NCBI RefSeq assembly: GCF_036365525.1
Contig: NC_090399.1
Span: 54,468,430-54,532,429 of the forward strand
DNA: 64,000 nt
Source of the DNA: Heterodontus francisci
Taxonomy: Eukaryota
Reading direction: 5' to 3'
This document shows positions 11,751 through 24,185 of this stretch, piece after piece. The translations under genes and the position numbers were made by a program. The stretch's first letter is position 1; every line of letters begins with the position of its first letter. Under the pieces are notes generated by a model that saw only the letters and a program-made list of their open reading frames with translations, made no database searches and had not been told where the DNA came from.

Positions 11751-11854
11751 CACTGTAGTACTGGGGTGATGATATGGCAGCTGTGTTAGGTCACTGGGAG
11801 GCCTCCTTTAGACACAAGTAAAGAGTGATGTGGCTGGGCCCACACTTCAAAGCT

Positions 11855-11923
11855 CCAGCCAAGCTCAGCCCAGCACAGCCCAGCCCAGCCAAGCTCAGCC
11901 CAGCCCAGCCCAGCCCAGCCCAG
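11855..11923 (+). repeat. (CCCAG)n pentamer repeat
   Basis: Imperfect tandem CAGCC units. Confidence 0.9.
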
Positions 11924-13240
11924 ACCACAATCCCTGCCCCCAGTCCGTAATCCATCCCCTGAAACCTCTCCAGGAGCACCATATCTCAGTGAAGATCGAG
12001 TGTCCCAGCACAGGATCACCAGGCTCACTGCACAATCTATCAGTCTAAGACCCAGGCTCCAAAATGAAGTCTAATCTCTGTCCCCACGTACACAGCACAA
12101 CTATCTCCCCCTCTCCAGGTGACAGATCCCATCCTCCAGTATATTAAACAGCTGCAGTGTCTCACTAAACAGCTGACAGCATCCGGAAGTTTGTTGCTCA
12201 CCAGCCCAGCTTTAGAAAGTTCCAGTTCTCCATGTGATTCATGTCTTTGCTGCCTGGAATATTAACCTGCACAATCCAGTCACACTCCTGGAATCACCTG
12301 CTCCCTTCCCAACATATTGACCTCCCATTGGTCCAAAACAGTTGTACGTTTAATTCATTGGCTCAAGGGAACTGGATGCAGGTCAGGCACATTTAACAGA
12401 ACAAGAGAATCCCAGGAGGTTCATGTTACACCATCAGTGCAGGACCAGGGGTACAAAGTAACAAGACAAGTTCAGAACAAGTCAGCAGTACTTAGACTGG
12501 TCTCTGGATAGAGACGTGGACAGCAGTTAGACATGGGGGAGTGTGAGGAATCATAGCAGTCTGAGCAAGGAGGAGCCAGAGAGGCTGAATGGCCTCCCTG
12601 TGGTTTGTAATATACAAGTATATCTTTGTGATGGGGAAGAGCAGCAATGAATGGTGAGGAGCAGTAGGAGAATGAAAGGAGGTGACTCGAGGTTAAATTG
12701 AGGAGGACAGCTTCATTCTACCTGACCAGACCTGGACCTGCTCAATACTGATGGTGGGTTAAAAAAACTGCTCCTTGTCACAAAACCAGCTGATATTGAT
12801 GGAACTCCTGTGTATTAAACCAGAGTTGATCAATGGTAGGCCACGACTATCAGAGTTAGTCACTTTACCATTGGAGCTTGTGTCTCTTACAGACTGGCTC
12901 ATGAAACTCAACTTACACTGTGCGAGAAATTTATATAAACAAGTGAAAACACAGCGAGCCAGTGGTGAAACTCAGTACAGTCCCTTCCGATACCCTGACC
13001 TCACAGTTACTGCTGCTTATAAACCAGTTTGGTGCTTGTTCAGCTGCTACTGTTAAACTGCAGTGAGTGACTGCAGAGCTCAGGCCGAGACTGATGAGTT
13101 TGAGGATGATTGCACTCTTTCAGCAGCTATGAAAAGGAAAGAGTTCTATCACACAGTCACTTTACGACATGGTGCATGTGAATGACAGAGCGGGCGCACG
13201 AAACACAGAGTGTGAAAGAGACAGAGCAAGACACTCTGTG

Positions 13241-13565
13241 GGGGCGGCACAGTGGCACAGTGGTTAGCACCACAGTCTCACAGCTCCAGCAACCCAGGTT
13301 CAGTTCTGGGTACTGCCTGTGTGGAGTTTGCAAGTTCTCCCTCTGACCGCGTGGGTTTCCTCCCACAGCCAAAGACTTGCAGGTTGATAGGTAAATTGGT
13401 CATTGTAAATTGCCCCTAGTGTAGGCAGGAGAATGGTGAGGACGTGGTAGGGAATATGGGATTAATGTAGGATTAGTATAAATGGGTGGTTGTTGGTCAG
13501 CACAGACTCGGTGGGCTGAAGGGCCTGTTTCAGTGCTGTATCTCTATCTCTATGACTATGACTAA
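13241..13565 (+). mobile_element. HE1-type tRNA-derived SINE (V-SINE)
   Basis: A box TGGCACAGTGG, B-box-like GGTTCAGTTC, central GTGGAGTTTGCAAGTTCTCCC, CR1-like tail GGGCTGAAGGGCCTGTTTCAGTGCTGTAT. Confidence 0.9.
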
Positions 13566-13627
13566 GACACAGAGAGATAGAGTCATATAGTCAAAACAGC
13601 ACAGAAAGAGGCCATTCGGCCCATTGA

Positions 13628-16600
13628 GGTAGGAAAGATATTAGCTATGACGATGTGGAATCTGTATGGGTAGAGCTGAGAAACACTAAGGGGCAAAAAG
13701 CGTTAGTGGGGGTTGTATATAGACCCGCAAACTGTAGTGGTGATGTTCGGAATGGCATTAAACAGGAAATTAGAGATGCATGCGATAAAGGAACATCTGT
13801 AATTATGGGTGAATTTAATCTGCATATAGATTGGGCAAATCAAATTAGTCACAATACCGTAGAGGAGGAATTCATGGAGTGTATACGGGATGGTTTTCTG
13901 GACCAATACGTTGAGGAACCAACTAGAGAACAGGCCCTCATAGACTGGGTATTGTGTAATGAGAGAGAAATAATTGACAATCTAGTTATGCAAAACCCCT
14001 TGGGGATAAGAGACCATAATATGATAGAATTCTTCATCAAGATGGAGAGTGACGTGGTTGATTCTGAGACTAGGGTCCTGAATCTTAATAAAGGAAACTA
14101 CGAAGGTATGAGGCACGACTTGGCCATGACGGATTGGGAAACATTACCTGAAGGATGACTGTGGATAGACAATGGCAAACATTCAAAGAGCGCATGGATG
14201 AACTGCGACAATTGTTTATCCCTGTCTGGCGCAAAAGTAAAATGGGAAAGGTAGCCAAACCATGGCTTACAAAGGAAATTAGAGATAGCATTAGATCAAA
14301 GGAAGAGGCATATAAATTTGCCAGAAAAAACAACAAACCTGAGGATTGGAAGCAGTTTAGAATTCAGCAAATGAGGACCAAGGGATTGATTAAGAAGTGG
14401 AAAATAGAGTATGAGAGCAAGCTTTCGGGGAACATAAAAACTGACTGTAAAAGTTTCTATAGGGATGTGAAGAGAAAAAGATTGGTGAAGACAAGCGTAG
14501 GTCCCTTACAATCAGAAACAGGGGAATTTATTATGGGGAACAAAGAAATGGCTGACCAACTGAATGCATACTTTGGTTCTGTCTTCATAAAGGACGACAC
14601 AAATATCATACCAGAAATGTTGGGGAACACAGGGTTTAGTGAGAGAGAGGAACTGAAGGAAATCAGTATTAGTAGAGAAATGGTATTAGGGAAATTAATG
14701 GGACTGAAGGCCGATAGATCCCCAGGGCCTGATAATCTACATCCCAGAATACTTAAGGAAGTGGCCCTAGAAATAGTGGTCATCTATCAAGATTCTATAG
14801 ACTCTGGAACAGTTCCTACAGATTGGAGGGTAGCTAATGTAACCCCACTATTTAAAAAGGGAGGTAGAGAGAAAACAGGAAATTATAGACCAGTCAGCCT
14901 GATGTCGGTAGTGGGGAAAATTCTAGAGTCCATTATCAAAGATTTTATAGCAGAGCACTTGGAGAACAGTGGTAGAATCGGGGAGTCAGCATGGATTTAC
15001 GAAAGGGAAATCATGCTTGTCAAATGTACTAGAATTCTTCGAGGATGTAACTAGTAGAGTTGATGAGGGACAGCCAGTGGATGTGGTTTATTTGGACTTT
15101 CAGAAGGCTTTCGACAAAGTCCTACCTAAGAGATTAGCGTGTAAAATTAAAGCACATGAGATAGGGGGTAGTGTATTGCGATGGATAGAAAATTGGTTGG
15201 CAGACAGGAAACAAAGAGTAGCAATAAACAGGTCTTTTTCCTAATGGTAGGCAGTGACTAGTGGGGTATCGCAGGGATCGGTGCTAGGACCTCAGCTATT
15301 CACAATATATATTCATGATTTAGATGAGGGAACTAAATGTAATATCTCCAGATTTGCAGATGACACAAAACTGGGTGGGAGAGTAAGTTGTGAGGAGGAT
15401 GCAGAGAGGCTTCAGGGTGATTTGGACAAGTTGAGTGAGTGGGCAAATGCATGGCAGATGCAGTATAATGTGGATAAATGTGAGGTTATCCACTTTGGTA
15501 GCAAAAACAGGAAGGCAGATTATTATCTGTTCAGCTATAAACTGAGAGAGGGGAATACGCAATGAACATAGAACATAGAACAGTACAGCACAGTACAGGC
15601 CCTTCGGCCCATGATGTTGTGCCGAACCTTTAACCTACTCTAAGATCAAACTAACTACCTACCCTTCATTCTACTATCATCCATGTACCTATCCAAGAGT
15701 CGCTTAAATGCCCCTAATGTATCTGCTTCTACTACCACCGCTGGCAGCGCATTCCACGCACCCACCACTCTCTGTGTAAAGAACCTACCTTTGACATCTC
15801 CCCGAAACCTTCCTCCAATCACCTTAAAATGATGCCCCCTGGTGATAGCCCTTTCCACCCTGGGAAAAAGTCTCTGACTATCCACTCTATCTATGCCTCT
15901 CATCATCTTGTACCCCTCAATCAAGTCACCTCTCATCCTTCTTCGCTCCAATGAGAAAAGCCCTAGCTCCCTCAATCTTTCTTCGTAGGACATGCCCTCC
16001 AGTCCAGGCAGCATCCTGGTAAATCTCCTCTGCACCCTCTCTAAAGCTTCCACATCCTTCCTATAATGAGGCGACCAGAACTGAACACAATATTCCAAGT
16101 GTGGTCGAACCAGGACCTTATAGAGCTGCAGCATAACCTCGTGGCTCTTAAACTCAATCCCCCTGTTAATGAAAGCCAACACACCATATGCCTTCTTAAC
16201 AACCCTATCAACTTGGGTGGCAACTTTGAGCGATCTATGGACATGGACCCCAACATCCCTCTGTTCCTCCACACTACCAAGAACCCTGTCTTTAAGCCTG
16301 TATTCTGCATTCAAATTCGACCTTCCAAGATGAATCACTTCACACTTTTCCAGGTTGAACTCCATCTGCCACTTCTCAGCCCAGCTCTGCATCCTGTCAA
16401 TGTCCTGTTGCAACCTACAACAGCCTTCCACACTATCCACAACTCCAGCAGCCTTCGTGTCATCGGCAAACTTGCTAACCCAGCCTTCCACTTCCTCATC
16501 CAAGTCATTTATAAAAATCACAAAGAGCAGAGGTCCCAGAACAGATCCTTGTGGAACACCACTGGTCACCGAGCTCCATGCTGAATACTTTCCATCTACT

Positions 16601-17535
16601 ACCACCCTCTGACTTCTATGGGCCAGCCAATGTTGTATCCAGACAGCCAACTTTCCCTGTATCCCATGCCTCCTTACTTTCTGAATGAGCCTACCATGGG
16701 GAACCTTATCAAACGCCTTGCTAAAATCCATGTACACCACATCCACTGCTCTTCCTTCATCAATGTGATTTGTCACATCTTCAAAGAATTCAATAAGGCT
16801 TGTGAGGCATGACCTGCCCCTCACAAAGCCATGAGACCTAGGTGTTCTCATACACAAGTCGCTGAAGGTAAGCATGCAGGTACGACAGGCGGTAAAAAAG
16901 GCAAATGGTATGTTGGCCTTCATAGTGAGAAGATTCGAGTACAGTAGCAAGGATGTCTTGCTGCAATTATACAGGACCTTGGTGAGGCCACACCTGGAAT
17001 ATTGTGTGCAGTTTTGGTCTCCTTATCTGAGGAAGGATATTCTTGCTCTCGAGAGAGTGCAGCAAAGGTTTACCAGACTGATTCCTGGGATGGTGGGACT
17101 GATGTATGAGGTGAGATTGAGTCGGTTAGGATTATATCCTCTAGTGTTCAGACAAATGAGGGGGGATCTTATAGAAACCTATAAAATTCTAACAGGACTT
17201 GACAGGGTAGATGCAGGTGGAGGAGTCCAGAACCAGGGGTCATAGTCTAAGGATACGGGGTAAACCTTTCAGGACTGAGATGAGGAGAAATTTCTTCACC
17301 CAGAGAGTGGTGAGCCTGTGGAATTCGCTACCACAGAAAGCAGTTGAGGCCAAGACATTGTATGTTTTCAAGAAGGAGTTAGATATAGCCCTTGGGGCGA
17401 AAGGGATCAAAGGATATGGGGGGATAGTGGGAGCAGGTGACTAAGTTGGATGATTAGCCATGATTATAATGAATGGCAGAGTAGGCTTGAAGGGTCGAAT
17501 GGTCTACTCCTGTTCCTATTTCCTATGTTTCTGCT
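13628..17535 (+). mobile_element. Near-complete CR1 ORF2 (APE endonuclease + RT), split by a nested CR1
   Basis: ESVWVEL..VGVVYRP..MGEFN (EN), SPGPDNLHPR, NYRPVSL, DFQKAFDKV, SQGSVLGP, FADDTKL. Resumes at ~16833 and runs to the 3' UTR. Confidence 0.95.
15566..16833 (-). mobile_element. Younger CR1 (RT to 3' end) nested antisense in the above
   Basis: Uninterrupted frame HGFVRGRSC...PQGSVLGP..FADD..RMKGR stop. (ACATAGA)n tail at ~15566-15581. Confidence 0.95.
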
Positions 17536-20500
17536 ATGGTTCCAATTGTTTTGTGCTTTCCTTCCAGGTGTCCCTATTGTCGATCACCTCAGCCAGGTGA
17601 ACTGCACAGCTAGGAGTACTGAACACTGCTGGGTTCACTATTCTCTGAGCAGTTTCTTGAGTACCCCTTAAAATATGTGACATCACTTGACACTGGAAAA
17701 ACCCTGTCCAGTGTAACAGAAGCTGATTTTTTCTTACCCTGGGGTGTCAAAGGAATTTGACAGTATCCCTCCAACACATCTGTCTCTTTAAGACACATTG
17801 TGTTGCCCACTCTGTCCATACAGTCCTTTAAATGCGAATTTGGGTAGGAGTCGGCGTTCTTTACCACAGTGACTTTTCTAGAGTCTATGCAAGTTTGAGC
17901 CGTCCCACCAGTTTAGATATCAAGACCATCTGCGAATTCCAGCTGTCCTGACTAGGTTCAACTAAGCTGCCCTTCAGCATGCATTGTACCTCTGCTTCCA
18001 CTTGGTCCTGTCTGTCTGGACCTAAGCAACAAGGATGTTGTTTTAAAAGAATGGCTCTCCCAATACCCACATCATTTGTGGCTAAGGTTGTACATCCTGG
18101 CTTATCCCTACAAACATTTTGAAATGTTGTGAAAACCCTGGTTAGGACTTCACGCTGTTTTGCCTCTTAGTGTAAAAACCTATTGTTTAATTTTCCTAGC
18201 CATTCTGCATTCGCTAATGGGATAGTTGGAGGTTCAATCTGAGAATTTCCTAGGCTTACTTCTGCCTCATCCTCATTATCCTTTTCCTTCTCAACAGTCC
18301 CGATTACCTGACATACCTGCATTGGCTTATCCTCCTCCCTGTGGTAACATGGTTTGAGTACATTTATGTGACACAACCAGTTCTTCATCTGGCGATCAGG
18401 GTTGTCAATCAAGTAATCTACATTACCCACTCTTTTAATCACTCTATATTGGCCACTGAACTGTGCTTTCACTGGTTCTCCCTGTGATGGTAACAACATT
18501 AATACTTCATCCCCTGATTTTATGGTTGGTTTTGGTTTTCCCACCGTTTGACAGGTATGGCACGCCCTACAAAATTGTCTCACATCCTTTGTAAGAACTG
18601 GCCAGTAATAATGTTTGCGTATGTCTGATTTGGTCTTCCGAATTCCCCTATGTCCTGCAAAATGAATGTTATGTGCTAACCTTAATAATTCTTGTTGATA
18701 TTTCGGTGGTACCACTATCTGTTCAACAACTGTCCAGTCTTCATCGGCAGGTCTATGAGGCAGTCTCCATTTCCTCCTCAAAACCCCATTTACCATATAA
18801 TAGCCTTCCAGAACTCCTTTCATCTCAGCTTCTGTCAGAGCCATCTGTTCTATTCAGTATATCTCTGGATCAGCTTGCTGTGCTGCAATGATGGACAATC
18901 TGTTAAACATCTCATCTGGATTATCTAAATCCCTAAATAAGGTTTCAGATGCCTGATTATCTATTTGTGGTGCCCCTTTTACCTCTGACAGTGGATCCTG
19001 TTTAGCCATTGCTCGGGTAACTGCACACATGGGAAATATTCCCAGAACTTGCTCCTGTAATTGCTCCATTTCCTAATTGCACATGTTTCCTCTGTAACTG
19101 TAGGAGAAACTGATGTTTTTGATCCAGCCAAATCGTTTCCTAGGAGTAGATCAATTCCTTTTACTGGTAAACTGTGGACAACACCTGCAGTTACTATCCC
19201 AGATATTAAGTCACTCTCTAGGCATACTTTATACAAAGGTATGGGCATACACTCCCCGCCAATTCCATTAACTAAAACTTTAGTGTTCAAGCCGCTCTCT
19301 GTTGGAAACCTCATATCTTTCCTCAGTAAGAGCATTTGGGTCGCTCCTGTGTCCCTGAGTATAATGATAGGTTTTCCTGCGTCACTTACAGGATACTGAG
19401 TTATTCTCCCCTTTGACAAAAAAAATCATTATAACTCTCAGGTATTTGATTCTTAACCTCTACACTCGTTTTAGTTTTAGTATCTGGTTTCATATTCACA
19501 GCTGTCATTAAAGCTATAGCCTGGTCTCTCATACCCTCAGTCAGAGTCTTTTCCTCTGCACTAACTTTGCGTACCCCAACAAGTCCTATGGGTTTACCTC
19601 GCAATTTCCAGCACTCTGAACCAAGATGACCTGTTTTGTTGCAATGATAACACTTTGGCTTGCAAACCTCACTTCTACCCTCAGCACCTTCCTTTCTGAC
19701 CTGAGGAGGTGATCCTGGGGCATTCCCAACTGTTCCTTCTTGTCCCTGGCTACCTGCCTTCCTTTCACTTCCCCACTTTCTATCCTTCTCGGATTTATGG
19801 GGGTGAAGGACAAAATAGGTTGGCTTATTCACAAGCTTAAAATCATTAGCAATCTCCGCTACTTGCCTAGCTTTCAAAACTTTCAGGTTATCTATATGAG
19901 TTCTCACTACTGAAGGAATGAAGTTTTTCAACTCTTCTAAGAGAATCAATTCTCAAAGGTTCTCATATGTGGTTTCCATCTTCAGTGCCCATATCCAATG
20001 GTCAAAATTCATTTGCTTCACCCTCTCAAATTCTAAATATTTCTGCCCAGTCAATCTCTGTAAATTCCTAAACTTCTGACGGTAAGCTTCAGGGACTAAC
20101 TCATTCGCAGCGTGAATAGCCTTTTTTGCCATCTCATAATCTGCAGAAGCCTCTTCCGGAAGCATGGTATAAGCTTCATGAGCTCTGCCTACCAAACTGC
20201 TTTGCATGAGCAATGTCCAGCTTTCTTTTGGCCGTTTCATCTGTTTGGTTATTTTTTCAAAAGATATGAAAAATGCCTCTACGTCCCTTTCCTCGAACTT
20301 AGGAAGAGCCTGTATAAATTTAAACAACTTCTCACTGGGTCCTGATCTAAACTCAGATTCTTCCTGACCCGAATTTTCCCTGGATTTAAGACTACCCTTT
20401 TTCTTAGTTCCATCTCTTTTAACTTAAATTCCCTTTAATCTCTTTCACTTTCTCTCTGAAATGCTCTCTCTTTCTCCCTTTCCTCTTTTTCCAATTCAAG

Positions 20501-21225
20501 TTTTCTTAATTCTTTTTCCCGCTGAAGCTCCAGATTTTTCATTTCTAACTGAATCATATCCAATTCCACTGCATCAGTCTTGGACCTATTACCTTCATGT
20601 GTCTCATATTCCCTTTCTTGTTCCTCGTGTTGCCCTTCATCTGTATCATCATCATCATCTTCTACTAATTCCAGATGTTCGGCTATCTTGCTAATTATCC
20701 CTGCTTTTTTGGCATCTGATTTCAATTCCAACCTCAATTTCGTTGCCAATTCTTTTAATTTGTTCTTAGTTAAAGTTATCAAGTCACTCAGGGAAGCATT
20801 CTGCTTTCCCAAAAACTCTGCTACAACCGCTAGTGCCATAACAATGGTATAGACTGTACCTTATTATACAAAAGGCCTGGTTCTTTTAATTTCTTTGTAA
20901 TTGGTGTCAGATTTAGATCCCAACAATTAAGTTTCCATTTAATAAGATCCCAGACTCAAGATCAATTAATCTGATGCCAAACGCAAGGCCCCATTTAAAA
21001 TATGTTATCCCAGGGATGAGTGATTACTATGATTCCAAATGTAAGCCCTCCAAATTTGTCTGATTCTGATCCCAGATGCGAGCCACCGAATTAAATATGG
21101 TTGAACTGCGAATGAGCCCCCAATCAAGATATGATTCAAATCCCGAGAAACCCAATTAATATGTAATTCAAATCTTGAGTGAGCCCCCAATTAATATGTT
21201 ATTCAAATCCCTGGACGAGCCCCCA
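17536..21225 (-). mobile_element. Gmr1-like Gypsy LTR retrotransposon internal region (gag-PR-IN-RT order), decayed, IN core deleted
   Basis: SCAN-related gag (FEERDVEAFFISFEK..LVGRAHEAY), CCHC knuckle CYHCNKTGHLGSEC, protease ILRDTGA, IN HHCC (LAH..FAGH..CRACHTC) placed before RT remnants (DSYP..DCMDRVG..GYCQIPL). Confidence 0.92.
20910..21225 (-). repeat. Tandem array of ~33-36 bp degenerate tRNA-Pro PBS units
   Basis: Best unit 21202-21225 TTCAAATCCCTGGACGAGCCCCCA versus tRNA-Pro 3' end TTCAAATCCCGGACGAGCCCCCA. Further copies end at ~21189, 21154 and 21122, with more diverged ones leftwards, each followed by ATTAATATG-like sequence. Confidence 0.75.
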
Positions 21226-21232
21226 ATAAATA

Positions 21233-22530
21233 TGTTATGACTGACTGCTCCAGTCAAAGCCCCCAATCAAAGTATATGATTCTGATTCTGGTAGGAGAAA
21301 CCCACTGATAATTCAGTCCCGTCACTCCACAGATCACCTAACATATCATTTAAAACTTTCCAAATTAAAGGGGCAGCACAGTGGCGCAATGGTTAGCACC
21401 ACAGCCTCACAGCTCCAGGGACCCGGGTTCAATTCTGGGTACTGCCTGTGCGGAGTTTGCAAGTTCTCCCTGTGACCGCGTGGGTTTTCGCCGGGTGCTC
21501 CGGTTTCCTCCCACTGCCAAAGACTTGCAGGTGATAGGTAAATTGGCCATTGTAAATTGCCCCTAGTGTAGGTAGGGAATATGGGATTACTGTAGGGTTA
21601 GTGTAAATGGGTATTTCTTGGTCAGCACAGACTCGGTGGGCCGAATGGCCTGTTTCAGTGCTGTATCTTTAAAAAAAATAAAAATAAAAGAAAGACCCAG
21701 CCAAATTGTACCATCTATTAACCCCCAAATGAGGCTAACCAAACCAGGTGTCTTTAAATCAACAAATTAACTGTTTAATTAAAAGAACTAAATTCTTAAG
21801 CACTATGAAGATATAAACAACATTTAAAATAGAAAAAAATAGAGCCCTTGCAAATTTACAGTCCAACATTGCTTGAAGTCCTCACAGAATGTGGCTTGAA
21901 GTCCTCAAAGTTGTCTGATATGGGGAAAAAAGGTTCTTCCAGAGTAGAACAGTCCACAGTCTAACTCCAACAGTAGGTAATGCTTTCCTTCTCCAGTGAA
22001 TTTCAACAATTAACAACTTGAAAACACTTTCAATAGAATCAAGCTGACTTTAGAGTTTTTGAGGGATGAAAGATTGTTACAGTCTAACTTCCTTTTCTTC
22101 AATTTAAATTACCGGAGATCTCTGTTTTGGTTTGACCTTTTTTAGAATTTTGAGAGGTAATAATTCAACAGACTAAAATCCAATTCCTTCAATTTAAATG
22201 GTTGAGTGCTCTTTTTCCAGGTGCTAACACCAGCTGTCTGTGTCCGTGTGTCCTCTGTGTCCTGTTAGAACAAACTCTTCAACTAAAAAGCCAGTTCAAA
22301 ATTGAATTGTAACAAATGTATCGCTTAAGACTCACTCTCAATGGCTGTATCTATGGTAACGAGAATGCACCCTTTGAATCGCAGTGTCCAAATGGCTGTT
22401 TCTAAGGCAACGAAAATGCACCTTCCTATAACTTCTGAGGCTTGCTGGTTCTCAAAGCAATACTGATCTTTTGCAAGACTTAAAGGCAAACCGCATATTC
22501 CTGGAAAAAAAAAACTACAGGACCATGACA
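21233..22530 (-). mobile_element. 5' LTR of the Gmr1-like element (contains an HE1 SINE)
   Basis: + strand TGTTATGA (21233)...CATGACA (22530), adjacent to the PBS. Confidence 0.8.
21370..21690 (+). mobile_element. HE1-type SINE
   Basis: A box TGGCGCAATGG, B box GGTTCAATTC, CR1-like tail and A-rich end. Confidence 0.92.
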
Positions 22531-23795
22531 CTGTGTATCCCTTTAAGTATTCTGCAGGTGTCAAGGAGATCACCTCTCATTTTTCGAAACTCTAGGGAAT
22601 ACAGGCCCAGTTTCTCAGTCTCTCTTCATAGGACAGTCCCACCATCCCATGAACAAGTCTGGTGAACCTTCGTTGCACACCCTCTATGGCAATAATATCC
22701 TTCCTAAGGTAAGGAATCAAAACTGCACACAGTACTCCAGTTTCGGTCTAACCAAAGTTCTATACACTTGAAGGAAGACTTCACTACTCCTGTACTCAAA
22801 TTGTCCTGCGATAAAGGCTAACATACCATTAGCCTTCCTAATTGTGTGCTGCACCTGCGTGTTAGCTTTCAGTGACTTATTGACAAGGATAACCAGGTCC
22901 CGTTGTACATCTACACATTCTAATTTCTTACCATTTAAGAAATACTCTGCACATCTATTCCGCCTACCAAAGTGGATAACCTCACATTTTTCCACATTAT
23001 ATTCCATCTGCCATGCTCTTATCCACTCACTAAGTCTGTCCAAATCCTCTTGAAGCCGCCCACAACACACATTCCCACCTAGTTTTGTGTCACCCATGAA
23101 CTTGGAAATACTACGTTTGGTCTCACATCCAAATCATTGATATATATTGTGAACAGCCAGGGCTCAAGCACTGATCCCCGCAGTACTCCACTAGTCACAG
23201 CCTGCCAACGCGAAAATGACACGTTTATTCCTACTCTGTTTTTTGCCTGTTAACCTATCCTTAATCCATGCCAGTATATTATCTCCTATCCTATGTGCTT
23301 TAATTTTATGAATGAATTTCCTGTGGGGGACTTTATCAAAAGCCTTCTGAAAATCTAAGTAGACTACGTCCACCAACTCCCCTTTATCAATTCTGTTGAT
23401 AACATCCTCAAAAAACTCTAACAGGTTTGTCAAACTTGATTTCCCATTCATAAATCCATGTTGACTATGCCCAATCAGATCATTATTATCCAAGTGTCCA
23501 TTTATCACATCCTTTAGAATAGATTCTCACATTTTCCCTACTACTGGTGTAAGGCTAATAGGTCTGTAATTCCCTTTTTTCTCTCTCCCTCCCTTCTTAA
23601 ATAGTGGGGTGACATTTCTATCTTCCAATCTGCAGGAACCGTTACAGAATCTATAGAATTTTGCAAGATGATCACCAATGCATCCGCCATCTCCATAGCT
23701 ACCTCTAGGATGGAGAATATCAGGTCCTAGGAACTTATCAACCTTTAGACCCATTAATTTCTCTAATAGAACCTTCTTACTGATGCTAATTTCCT
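22531..23795 (-). mobile_element. CR1 RT fragment
   Basis: NYRPISLT, SQHGFMNGKS, DFQKAFDKVPH, VRPKLEYCVQF. Confidence 0.9.
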
Positions 23796-24054
23796 TCAAT
23801 TCCTCTTACAGGAGGACATGAATAAACTTGCAGAATGGTCAAATAATTGGCAAATGAAGTTCAACATAGATAAATGTGAGGTAGCACATTTTGGTAGAAA
23901 GAATAGGAAGGTCACATTACTTGGAAGATGGGGGTCTGGGTGCAGTAGAAGAACAAATACACCAATCACTAAAAGTTGCTCCACACGTTAGCAAGCCCAT
24001 TAAAAAAAAAGCAAAGCAAGCCCTAGGATTCATTTCTAGAGGATAGAATTGAAA

Positions 24055-24185
24055 AGCATCTGTGGAAAGAGACAGAGAAACAGAGTTGACATTTCAGGTA
24101 GATATGACTCTTCTTCAGATTCAGTTCTCTCTCCACAGATGCTGCCAGTCCTGCTGAGTATTTCCAGCACTTTCTGATTTTATTA
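24055..24185. mobile_element. Penelope-type fold-back terminal remnant
   Basis: GCATCTGTGG..AGAG / CTCTCTCCACAGATGC inverted pair. - strand hammerhead-like CTGAAGA..GAAATGTC. Confidence 0.75.

Noticed and set aside
13241-13320. tRNA genes at SINE heads (also 21370, 33790, 47961, 49598)
   Set aside because: tRNA-derived SINE promoters continuing into the SINE body, with no complete cloverleaf.
15655-16950. 431-aa intact RT gene
   Set aside because: Chimeric: the first ~39 residues are the antisense of the host CR1, and the rest is a 5'-truncated LINE.
19953-20327. SCAN-domain zinc-finger host gene
   Set aside because: It is the SCAN-related capsid of a Gmr1-like gag, followed by CCHC, protease and integrase.
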